From: Octopus bimaculoides
Lineage: Eukaryota
Assembly (NCBI RefSeq): GCF_001194135.2
Contig: NC_068994.1
Coordinates: 2,781,000-2,844,999 of the forward strand
DNA: 64,000 bases
Direction: 5' to 3'
Positions 40,211-51,546 of this stretch are shown piece after piece. The notes under the pieces were generated by a model, which made no database searches, was not told where the DNA came from, and saw nothing but the letters and a program-made list of their open reading frames with translations. A program made the translations under genes and the position numbers. Within the stretch, counting starts at the first letter, position 1, and each line of letters begins with the position of its first letter.

Positions 40211-40361
40211 AATTACAATAAAGATGTAACAGAGAGTTCAGGTGAACAAAAATGTTATAATGGTACATCAAACAACTTAAATACAACTCTAACTTCTCAT
40301 AAAGAATGAAATCGAGGATGGAGCGAAGGAGATATTACTCAACAGACATCTGGAGTATCAG
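40211..40361 (+). pseudogene. Orphan protocadherin tail exon A with in-frame TGA
   Basis: NYNKDVTESS...SNNLNTTLTSHKE*NRGWSEGDITQQTSGVSG; AG|...|GTAATT intact; TGA at 40307-40309 where paralogs encode Arg. Confidence 0.85.
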
Positions 40362-40651
40362 GTAATTACAAAATAAATCAGAAACTTCAAATTATTATCA
40401 GAAGTTTTTAATTACCTAAAATAAATGTAAAGGAAAAAAATTATTACTTAATTTTCTTTTAAATATATTAGTTCATAAACTATCATTTCCATAGAAAAAA
40501 AATTGTTACTTAATTTTTTAAAATATATTAGTGCATGAACTATCATTTCCACAGGAAAAAAAATCATAACAAAATATGAAATATTTTCAGTTCAGAAATC
40601 AACAATATATTTCAAAGCTAGTTGAAGTTGTGTTTATATATATATTTTCAG

Positions 40652-40730
40652 AGTATAGTAACTATCACCAAACATACCTCCAACAGCAAAGAGTGAATAT
40701 GAACAAGAAACCTATCTAGCACCAGTTTAA
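40652..40730 (+). pseudogene. Orphan protocadherin terminal exon with 1-nt deletion
   Basis: TTTTCAG|AG TAT AGT AAC TAT CA CCA AAC ATA CCT... lacks one base relative to paralogs; the paralogous frame also ends early (YLAPV*). Confidence 0.8.
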
Positions 40731-41018
40731 CATACATCATGTTTACTTTCCTTTAATTACAGAACCACTTAGGAAAATAATTTAATATAATTTAATGATG
40801 ACATATTAAACACTACTTTAAATGTATTGAGGTTTTTTTGTTTTGAGTTTTTTTTTAAAAGATTTCTATAAAGAAAAATCCTTTTAATTGTAATGAAAAT
40901 CATAAAACTATTGATAGTTTTACTGAAGCTTTTTGTTATAATCAAAAACAACAAATATCTATATAGTTGTTACACTGATAAATATTTAACAATACAATTT
41001 ATATTTTGTAAAATAAAA

Positions 41019-41019
<1 letters not shown>

Positions 41020-41062
<43 letters not shown>

Positions 41063-41140
41063 TCTCTCCTCTCCTCTCTCTCTCTCTCTTCTCTCTCTCT
41101 TCTCTCCTCTCCTCTCCTCTCCTCTCTCTCTCTCTCTCTC
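41020..41140. repeat. (CT)n / CTCTC compound microsatellite
   Basis: Direct reading; (TG)n at 41886-41950. Many further (TA)n, (CA)n, (CATA)n and (AAT)n tracts throughout the window. Confidence 0.95.
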
Positions 41141-41882
41141 AAATTCAATTAATAGGAGCCAAATTAACATCATCACATTTGTCCTTTGTCATTTCCTTCA
41201 TGGCAGTCAACTCCCTAAGATCTGCTTCCTCCCACTATTTTCCATTATTTCTTTGGTCTTTTCCTCTTACAGGTTCCTTCCACTTGGACCGTCTGAGGCC
41301 TCTTTACACATCTATATTTGACAAAATGCTTGTTCAGCTTTTCATGTAGTGAAAAATTGTAATAAAAGGATTTGAAATAGAAGCCATACAAAATGCATTA
41401 ATAAAGTAAAATTTTAGTAGCAAATTTATAGATGTATATTAGAGAATTTACTGGATGATAAACAACCACATCATTTTATTTTATACACTTTAATGGCAAA
41501 ATAGACATTACTATCAACAATAGATATATTATCATGTAAGAAGTTCACATACATGTAATGTATGTGAACATGTTCACATACATTACATGAACAAAGGCAT
41601 TCTGAAATACAACTAATCTTGATATACAAAAAACATTTTCATAAATTTCCTCAGAACAAAAAGAATTATAATATGATTTTAAAATCATTATATAATTTTG
41701 GAAAATTTATATAATTTTGGAAAATTTTATATAAAATTACAATTAAAAAATACAATTTGAGTCATAAATTCAAAAAATTGAATTGATAAATTAAATTTAT
41801 ATATGTTTATTATGATGTAATTATTTTGTTTCATAACATTAAATGTTTAAAAGAATTTGGTGACAGATTTGTTATTCTAAAC

Positions 41883-41952
<70 letters not shown>

Positions 41953-42162
41953 GTACACATATACAGAGAGAAACAGATTATTAAGATAATTAAGTATAAT
42001 GAATAGATATATTAAGTTCCATAAACAACCAAAAGGCACTGAAAAATAAAGAAAACTCTTCCACACTCCAACACATACAGTGCAGATGTACAAATACACA
42101 TATACATACAATTACAAAGTTATAACACAAATTCCCAAATAAAGATTCTACTTCCTATCATC

Positions 42163-42292
42163 TGACTCACAACTGCAGTTCATCGATATGCAGCGCTAGT
42201 CATACTACAATAGCAGTTGTAACACCAGAATGCTATGCTGGGATGCACATCTCTGATCTCATATTATGGAAACAATGGATTAAACAATGAAG
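42163..42292 (+). promoter_or_regulatory. Unit 2 promoter cassette and non-coding first exon
   Basis: TGACTCACAA at 42163, GCAGTT at +50, GGATTAA, donor AG|GTAAGT at 42293; homologous blocks precede units 3 and 4. Confidence 0.7.
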
Positions 42293-44031
42293 GTAAGTCT
42301 CCCTATCTTGACATTTGCCGTTTAATTCCATTTTGGATGACACTTGATATTCTAGGCAAAACATAACAGATAGTGAAATCTAGTATTCACTTCCACCATT
42401 CGTGAGAGTGGCTACTACAATAGTTGCAATACAATTATATGTAGAAGGATGACATTTTTCCATAGCAGTCAAAACCAAACAAATTACAAATTTATAAGAT
42501 GAGATAATTAATCATATAATCTCCTATAGATAGGCAGAATATATTTTATACATATGGTTATTTTTGTTTAGTTAAAATATAATGTATACAACTGTTTCAA
42601 TTTATTGGCTGCTTACTTGAAATAATAACTTTGTCACTCTTGTGTGTGAAAAACTAACACAACCATGGTTTGTGCTGATAATTTTGAAATTATTTTGCAA
42701 TTGAAGATGAAAGTGATTTGTTAAAGAAATAATAAAATTTTCCACATACCAGAGAAAAAAATTCATATTACTAAATTTCCCATAAAATTTAACAGATATA
42801 TTTATGACACATGTAATTGAAATACAGAAATTTATAATAAGACAATCACAAACTATTATACATAATTTTGCATTAATCTCTTAAAATATAAATATATAAA
42901 TACTGGAAAATGTTGTATCGTAATTTATTTTTATGTAAAATGTCTCCTATCAAAATTAACTTTAAAAAATAGTTACCACTTAAAAATATGTAGTTGAGAA
43001 ATTATACTTCTGAAATTTTACAGCCATGTTGTAACGAAATTCTGCTATCTCTTGACTAACATGAGCAGAAGGAAAATAGCAATCTGGCATTTATAAATTC
43101 CATAAAGAATTAAATCTACTGCATCTAAACATACAATGAAATTTATTTTTAATTTTAACTACACTATTTATCACATATATTTCTGTATTATAATTATTAT
43201 AAATTCCTTACATGTGAGATTATAAGCAATTTTGTTCATTGTTTATCTGCATACATATACATATCCACTTGTACTTACTTATACAATATATACATAAATA
43301 CAATATACATTTTACACTAAAGTAAAATTATAAAAAGCTTTGTTCATTGCTATCATCCAAGCTGCATTATAAAAATTTAGAAACAAAAGTTTGTATTTCT
43401 CCTGAAACCAAATTTGCAGAAAAGTTAATTGAACCTTATCCTTAAATATTTGTAAATAGCATCAGCCGAAACAGAAAAAAAAATTCTCATAATAAAATGT
43501 ATTAATTTGTCATAACAATATTTTCCTCCTCTATATTGGATTTCCAGGGAAGTAACTCTTCATATAATCTTTATACAGGTCAAACACTAAAAGTTGATGT
43601 CATACAAATGTGCTGAACCAAATCTTGTTTGGTATCTAGTTCCATCTTTCCACAACCAGAGTTAAAATTTCATTGCTGGTTAAATTTTATCTTTGTTATC
43701 AATATAATGTAGTAATATAAGTATTACTATCGTTTTAACTCACTTGGCCTAACTACAATTAAAAGAAGATCTGAAGAGTAGCGATTGAATGTTTAAGTCA
43801 GGAAGATGACGCTAACTGTCAATGTTAGCAATGCGGCATAAATAAATACAAATGTGCAGTTTTTTCAAAGCCAACAGCATTAATACTGACACATAAGAAT
43901 AGCTATAGTAGGATTACTTTTCAGTTAAATATTCTTGCAATAATCTCTGGTAATACATAATTCTGGACATGATTTGCATTTGAGATAAATAAATAAATAA
44001 ACAACTGCATTCATCTTATCTTTGTTTTTAG

Positions 44032-46541
44032 GTGCTGATAAATTTGGGGATCAATGATGATCACAACAATGACTATGTACACACTACTATTGTTCATTGC
44101 ATACACAGGGCTGCCAGTTGTTATTTCTGCAAATATTGTTTACCATATCAATGAAGAAGAGAGTCCTCACACCTATATAGGAGACATTGCAATTGATTCT
44201 AACTTATCATACTCTCTTACACTTCAACAACATACTGTTGTTACATTTACACAATTGCAAAGGAAAGTGTCGAGTGGTTCTCACTTATTTAATGTCACCA
44301 ACTCAGGAAAACTATACACTACTCAAACACTAGATGCTGAGTCCCTGTGTATTTACAAGAAAGAATGTTTTAAAATTGTCAAAGTAGCAGTGAGGAAAGC
44401 AGAAACATTTACAAAAATATTAAAGATTAAAATAATTATAGAAGATATTAATGATCACCAACCACAGTTTCCAGAAAATGAAATGAAATTAGAATTTTAT
44501 GAGACGGATGTAAAAGGAATTTCAAAATCAATACCAAATGCTGTTGATAAAGACATTGGCCTTCTTAATTCTAAGATTACATATAAACTCAAAGATAAAA
44601 GTAAGAAATTCTCACTATCCATATTTAAAGGATTTAATGGAATAAACTTACTTAAAATCACCCTAGAAGGAATGTTAGATAGAGAATCAAAAGACACTTA
44701 TATGTTACAATTGGTGGCTAAAGATGGTGGCTCTCCACCAAAAGAGGGTTTATTGAATATAGAAATATCTGTTATAGATGTTAATGATAATCAACCACAG
44801 TTTCCTCAGCAAATATACAATATCTCTATTAGTGATACACATCACATATCTACTCCTGTTTTTATCTTATCCGCTACAGACTTAGATTCAGATAAAAATG
44901 GAGATATTACGTATAACTTTTATCAAAAGGCAAGTTCTTATGCTGAAAGAAATTTTAAATTAATGTCAAATGGAGAAATTTTCCTAAATGAGAACTTTTA
45001 TAAAGATAGGGAACAAATTTATAAACTATATATTCAAGCCAGGGATAGAGGAAGACCTCCTTTAAGTTCTACAGCAATGTTGATTATCAATGTAATTAAC
45101 AATCAAAATAATGCCCCAAATATAAACATAGATTTTGTATCACCTTTAACAGAGTCTTCTACAGCTATTTCAGAAGCAAGTCAACTGGGTAGTTTTATAG
45201 CTTATGTTATGGTCATTGACACTGACAGTGGACCTAATGGACAAACTAAATGTAATATTCATCACAAAATGTTTCAACTTTCTAATATGGGTTCTAAAGA
45301 ATATAAAATATTGGTGAAAGAACCTCTTGACAGAGAAACTATAGACCATTTTGTTGTTTCTATTGTATGTCATGACATGGGATCACCTCCATTAAAGACT
45401 AAGAAACAGTTCTCTGTCAAAGTAACTGATGTCAATGATGTAGAACCACATTTTACCAAAGAGACATTCCAATTNNNNNNNNNNNNNNNNNNNNNNNNNN
45501 NNNNNNNNNNNNNNNNNNNNNNNNNNNNNNNNNNNNNNNNNNNNNNNNNNNNNNNNNNNNNNNNNNNNNNNNNNNNNNNNNNNNNNNNNNNNNNNNNNNN
45601 NNNNNNNNNNNNNNNNNNNNNNNNNNNNNNNNNNNNNNNNNNNNNNNNNNNNNNNNNNNNNNNNNNNNNNNNNNNNNNNNNNNNNNNNNNNNNNNNNNNN
45701 NNNNNNNNNNNNNNNNNNNNNNNNNNNNNNNNNNNNNNNNNNNNNNNNNNNNNNNNNNNNNNNNNNNNNNNNNNNNNNNNNNNNNNNNNNNNNNNNNNNN
45801 NNNNNNNNNNNNNNNNNNNNNNNNNNNNNNNNNNNNNNNNNNNNNNNNNNNNNNNNNNNNNNNNNNNNNNNNNNNNNNNNNNNNNNNNNNNNNNNNNNNN
45901 NNNNNNNNNNNNNNNNNNNNNNNNNNNNNNNNNNNNNNNNNNNNNNNNNNNNNNNNNNNNNNNNNNNNNNNNNNNNNNNNNNNNNNNNNNNNNNNNNNNN
46001 NNNNNNNNNNNNNNNNNNNNNNNNNNNNNNNNNNNNNNNNNNNNNNNNNNNNNNNNNNNNNNNNNNNNNNNNNNNNNNNNNNNNNNNNNNNNNNNNNNNN
46101 NNNNNNNNNNNNNNNNNNNNAACAACTGCTATCATACTAACACTGTTTGTTAGTAATGATACATCTCCAATGTTGACTGCTGTCCCATTCCAATCTGATA
46201 ACAACCTAAATATGACTTGGATAATTATCATTGTAGCAGCAGCTGTAATACTATCTGTGGCTATTGTGGTGTCAATAACACTGTGTGTTTTTAAATGTAT
46301 CAATCACTTCAATAACTTGCCTGCACCAGCAGATAATCCAAAATTTCTCTCAAGGACTGAGATGAGACAAATCCTGTATCAGACTAATAATCCTGTTGCA
46401 ATAACTAGAAATGCAGACGACATATTTGCTAGAAATCTTCAATCAATAAAGCCTAAAAGTCCTTACTATCCTGAATCAGAACAGTTGACCAATGAATGGA
46501 AATTCTCAACAACACCTAGGAGGTTACCACCTACTCCTCAG
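44032..46541 (+). CDS. Protocadherin unit 2, large exon (ATG 44054 or 44069); EC5 to most of EC6 lies in N-gap 45475-46120
   Basis: Acceptor TTTGTTTTTAG|44032; EC1-EC4 open; TM and tail after the gap; donor CAG|GTATAG, phase 0. The frame change across the gap is attributable to gap sizing. Confidence 0.95.
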
Positions 46542-47573
46542 GTATAGTTCACACAAATTTTTCTGTCTGTAATATATGATGTTTAAATTCTTTATTTGTC
46601 TATCCTTTTAGATTTTAGTTTGTTTTTATGATTTTATATTATCTGTTTTCTTTGAGATCTTCTAGTTCCAAATCTTGAGGAACCCAGTGTTCTAACCTAA
46701 TTACATTAATGTTTTGAAAATCTTTCAGGACATATTAGTGTTAAAATCCACATTGAAAACAATATACTCAATTTAAAATTAGAATTTTAAAAGGAAATAA
46801 TCCTAATAATTGCTGGTGAGTTGACAAAATCATTAGATATGAGAAAAACCTAATAATATATGACAGCAAAGTATGTTCTGAGTTCAATCCCAGTAGGAAC
46901 CAACTTTGTCTTTCATTCTTTAAGAGTGATAAAATCAAGTACCAATCAAATATTTGGATCCATATTTTTCTCTTCCATAAAATTTGAGCCTTGTAATCAA
47001 TAATTGAAGTCCAAACCAGTTTTCTGTGATTCAAGATAAATTCTAAATACTTCAGCAAATCACCACTTAGGATATCTCAATCTGCTGGAAATAACAAAGA
47101 AATATCTCTTAAATCTCTTATGTCCAAAACTACTATCTAAAATAATCAAATGACACGCTGGTTGATGTTGTCCAAGATAACCTTTAAAAAGACAGTATGC
47201 TTACAGCTTGAATGGGTCATAGGTCTACTCAATAAGATTTGACCTTTGGCTAAATGACAATAGCCACATGTGTACTTAATAGTATAATATTCTACCTTGT
47301 GAAATAATTTTCACAACTCTACATTCAATTGAATATTTAAATTATTATTAAGAAATGATATGATCCAACAGATGTACTGTTCTTTAATGTCCCTTCTTAA
47401 CCATCTCAAATTTAATTAATTATAAAGAGGATATTGCATAATTAGATCTATTGATATATCTATTTAGGTTGATTTAGATATGTTTTATGAAAAACTGTGC
47501 AAAATTGGTAATTTAAATGTACACATCTAAGCAATTAAATTGTAAATGTAAATTTTTGTTACTTTCATGTTAG

Positions 47574-47730
47574 ATCTATAATAAGCAGGTTTCTGATGGG
47601 TCATCTGAGCAAGGCGACAATAATAGTATTGTGACATCAAACAATCTAAATGACACATTACCATCTCAAAAGGATCGCAACCGTGGATGGAGTGAAGGAG
47701 ATATTTCACAACAAACTTCAATAATATCAG
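47574..47730 (+). CDS. Protocadherin unit 2, tail exon A (IYNKQVSDG...SNNLNDTLPSQKDRNRGWSEGD...SG)
   Basis: CATGTTAG| and G|GTAATT; 157 nt, phase 0 to 1; open. Confidence 0.9.
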
Positions 47731-47955
47731 GTAATTTGCCAAATATTATCACTTTTACAAAGTTGAATTCTTATAAAGGCATTGGCACAGTTGTATCATA
47801 TATAAACAACTTTTTAATGTAATATGAATAGTTCACTAGTGAGAAAAATTTTAATCAAGAGGGTTCATAGTATAATAGTTGAGTGTTAAATATATCAAAT
47901 GTTAAAGTTGAAGTAAATGGTTATTTAATATGAACATATGGTTGATGAATTAGTT

Positions 47956-47991
<36 letters not shown>

Positions 47992-48073
47992 TCTGTAAAA
48001 GACATAAATTCAAAAGAAGCACACTCTAAGATGTAGAGCAGTATATATTAAAAATGGGGAAGGCCAGTTTATG

Positions 48074-48128
48074 GGATTACCTTAGGTTTCCTGTCTATAA
48101 AGGATTTATGGTGTATTGTCAGATCCCA
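48074..48128 (-). ncRNA. Degenerate type I hammerhead ribozyme at Penelope 3' end
   Basis: Minus strand GGGAT / CTGACAA / stem II / GAAA CC TAA GG TA / ATCCC; the G8 position reads A. Confidence 0.7.
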
Positions 48129-50069
48129 AAATTTGTTGGCCCAAAACCTCTTTAAAATATGGAGGAGGAAATGCCTCACTACTCAGAGGTAATAATTGGG
48201 GATCATCTCCCTTTGCTATCAGCTATCAACTTCCAGCTGTGCCATCATCTTGTGGGCTCCGAAAGGCTAGCAGGAACCTCCTGAAATGTAAACATGGCCC
48301 CCAAATCTCTGTTCTGGAGTTAAAGCTGTGCCCTGGTTCGAGTGAGTTCTTTAGGATTCTTGCCTGTCCAGCTATGCATAACTTGCAACACTTTATCCAG
48401 TTGATGTAGGGGCATTGATGTAGAGGCATGGGTTCTTGGTGTTGCTGGAGGTGGTGGTAGTGGCATCAGTAATGGTATTGCCATTGCCAGTTAAGATGAG
48501 GTGCTGTTGTATATTATGGTCCTCGTCATTAGTGGGAGAGTTGCCATTGCTGCTAGCAGTGTCATTAGCTGTGGTTCCACTGGTGTTTCTCCTAGGGCCA
48601 CTATCACTGCTGCTGCTGTTGCCATTGTTGTTATCATTGCCATGATTGCTGGCAGTGTCACTGGACCTGTTGCTGCTGCTATAGGAGTTGTCAGGTCTAC
48701 TACTGTTGACGTTAGCTGCTGCTGATGGCGATGTTGCTGTTGTTTTTGTTGTCGGTGACGTCAGGGGAACTACCAATGCTGTTGCTTGTGCTGTTTTCCT
48801 ATTGCTGGTAATGTTGTTAACTGTGGCGATGGTGGCAGCATTGCTGGTTCTGTTCTCATATCTCCAACTGCTACTACTTCTACTGGTGGTATTGACAGGG
48901 TTTGCTAGTACTTCAGCTTCATAGACAAGCCCCTTTGGTTTCACAGTGGCCTCCCACCAGGCATCTGTTGTAGTCCTGGCATGAACATCCTGCCTCTTCC
49001 TCATGGCCTAGGTGCACTAAATAGGATGCTCTTAATATTGGGACCACAGCTAAATGAGACTCTAATGTTGTGCCTGTTAAAAATGGACCCATATCTATGG
49101 GAGCTAGTGAAATGCTTATCTAATAATTTAAGGGATATTCTATTTATGGGCTTTTGTGTTAAGAGAGAAGAAGGGGTGCTTCTTTCTGTGGCTGCTGGGT
49201 TCCAGCATGTAGGAGATGTGATCCTTAAATCCACTGGCAGCTAGAGCCTCATTATAGTATGGGGCTGCTGCATCGAAAATCTCTTCATTTGTGATCCTCT
49301 TACTAACACCCTTCCCCAGGTTTTTGAACATAATGGGTGGGTGGAAGTGTTGATGTACATTAGTTTCTCATTTGGTTTGCAGTAGGACCTGTATGTACTA
49401 GAGCTCAAGATGAGTGTGACGTCTAAGAAGTTTGCAGTTGTGAGGTTGGTCTCTATGGTGATTTTCAATCCCATGGAGGCAAGCATGCTGATTAGATCTC
49501 TTCTCAGCCTGTCTAGTGTATGTCCATTTGCTCCCCTAGAGATGGCCGGGGCATCATCTCTGTAGAATCCAAAGAGGACAGAGGGGAACTTTTTCCTAAA
49601 GGTGTCAAGGATATACAATCTGATGAGGTCACATACGTAAGTACTGGTGAAGACCCCCATAGCTACATCAAAGGAGCCCCCCATGCCGATCTTTTGTTGA
49701 ACAGCACTCTCTTTCTGGCATGCATAATGGCTTCTATATCTCTGTCGCTAATGTTAGTGAAGCCCCTAGCAAAAGAAAGCTTCTTGGCCAGTAGCCTTTT
49801 TGATACAGATGGATAAAAGTCGACAATATCAAACTGGGTGAACCTTGCTCTGCCTCTTCCCTTGTTGGTGTTAAACCATGCAGTCACTTCATTGGTGTTG
49901 CACCACAAAGAAAGGTTGGTGGCCCTCCTTATGTCGTTATTGATATTTCACACTATGTGCTTGCTCGCCAGACCAATCTTGGATTTGGCCGGATTGATCA
50001 GGCAGCATTTGGGGTTTGAGGCAAACTTTGATTTATGACCTTTTATGGTAATGAAGGCGTTTCTTTTTT

Positions 50070-50117
50070 GGGATCTGATGATATGCCATAAAGCTAAACC
50101 CTTTATGGATGGGAAAC
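50070..50117 (+). ncRNA. Partial hammerhead (inverted copy at Penelope 5' end)
   Basis: GGGAT CTGATGA ..CCATAAAG ctaaacc CTTTATGG.. GAAAC; stem III and the 3' strand of stem I are deleted between AAAC microhomologies. Confidence 0.6.
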
Positions 50118-50134
50118 CAGCCTTCCCCATTTTT

Positions 50135-50165
<31 letters not shown>

Positions 50166-50216
50166 AAACATTTTCCTTTCAAAACTATATTTGAAATACT
50201 TTTCTGTACATTTCAG

Positions 50217-50305
50217 AATACAGTAACTACAGACCAAACATACCTCCAACACCAAAGAGTGATCATGAACAAGATACATATCTAGAACCAGTATATAAGA
50301 AATAG
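50217..50305 (+). CDS. Protocadherin unit 2, terminal exon (EYSNYRPNIPPTPKSDHEQDTYLEPVYKK*)
   Basis: ACATTTCAG|, phase 1, TAG at 50303-50305; paralog at 60528-60616. Confidence 0.9.
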
Positions 50306-51419
50306 CAAACTCAAAAATAGCAAAATGTTGATTCTTTATCATAGACATTATTAATTTACATTGAGATGTAACATCAAACATTACTAATAATAGTATTAAG
50401 ATAAATGATACAAACAAATTCATCAAAGTTTATGTATTAAAATTATTTATTTGCAGTTATTTACATGGAGAATATGCCTTAGCTGTAAAGTGAATAAAAT
50501 CATTAGAATTCTAAATGTTCACAAATATTTCATTGATCCTTTTTAAGGCCATTTTTATACAATGGGAGTTCTTGTATAGATAATTACTACAAGAAATATG
50601 TTCTGCTCTACTTCTTTCATACTTTAACTCCTTCCTCTCCTAGCATAAAGCTACCTCTCTGGGGGATCATAGTTTTGCAAGATAAAAGGTGAGCTATTTG
50701 GTGCTGGTGGCATGAAGAAAGCACCCTGTAAATGTTGTAAAGTGGTTGGTGTTAGAACAGGCATCTAGCCATAGAAATCATGCCAAAGTAGATAGTGGAC
50801 CCCAGTGCAGTCCTGTCAAACCATCCAGATCATGAACATGGGTTGAAACATTGAAGTTAAATGATGAAGCTTATCAATTTCCTATGAAAATTCTGATTTC
50901 AGATTGATCATTATATATTATAATGCATATATTCCAACAAGCTACCATATTTGTCCCATTTTATTTTGAGCATTATAATTTTAGTTGATATTTTAAATTT
51001 ATTTTTTAAATAAATTATGAATAAATAAAAATAACAGATAAAGTTACAGCAATTTTTCAGTTTTCCTTTTATTTTAAATGAACAATTTTAGTAATTCAAT
51101 AATTACTGTAAGAACTATTGGAAAATAGCTGTTAAGGATAAAAATTAAAAGGACTATATATCACAAAAATGTGTGTGTGTGTCAGTGTGTGTAAACACAA
51201 ATGCATGCACACATACATGTTTAGACAGATATATGTGAGTGAATTTAGAATTATGTATATGGCACAATCTGATGATTATATGCTATATTCAATTATAGAC
51301 CAAAATATATTTCACTTTAGACCAAAAACAATCTTCATTTATAGTGAAATAATTTTTAAATATATATGCAATACACAAAGTTAAATAGAATTCCCTAACA
51401 TGAAACTGCCACCCAACTA

Positions 51420-51546
51420 TGACTCACAAATCTACACAACCAAGATACTGCTATTGTAGCATTATTACAGCAGCAGTTATACTGGATCACTACGCCATGA
51501 TGAATGTCTTCTCTAAGGGACAAGAACAAAGGATTAAGCAAAATAG
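51420..51546 (+). promoter_or_regulatory. Unit 3 promoter cassette and non-coding first exon
   Basis: TGACTCACAAATCTA, GCAGTT at +53, GGATTAA, donor AG|GTAAGT at 51547. Confidence 0.75.

Larger units (their letters stand above)
48050..50134 (-). mobile_element. Penelope-like element with inverted terminal pLTR segments, antisense in unit 2 intron
   Basis: RT motifs FDIVDFYPS, FDVAMG, FYRDD, NFLDVT; C-terminal CKLC..GPCLHFRRFLL; inverted ends 48050-48070 / 50114-50134 (19/21), extending about 80 bp. Confidence 0.9.

Noticed and set aside
45475-46120. Apparent frameshift and stop in Pcdh unit 2 (ORFs 44054-46153 and 46170-46547)
   Set aside because: The gap is 646 N versus about 564 bp in unit 1; the frame change comes from gap sizing.
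49618-49665. CTGATGAG on the + strand
   Set aside because: Antisense of RT coding sequence; no GAAA or stems follow.
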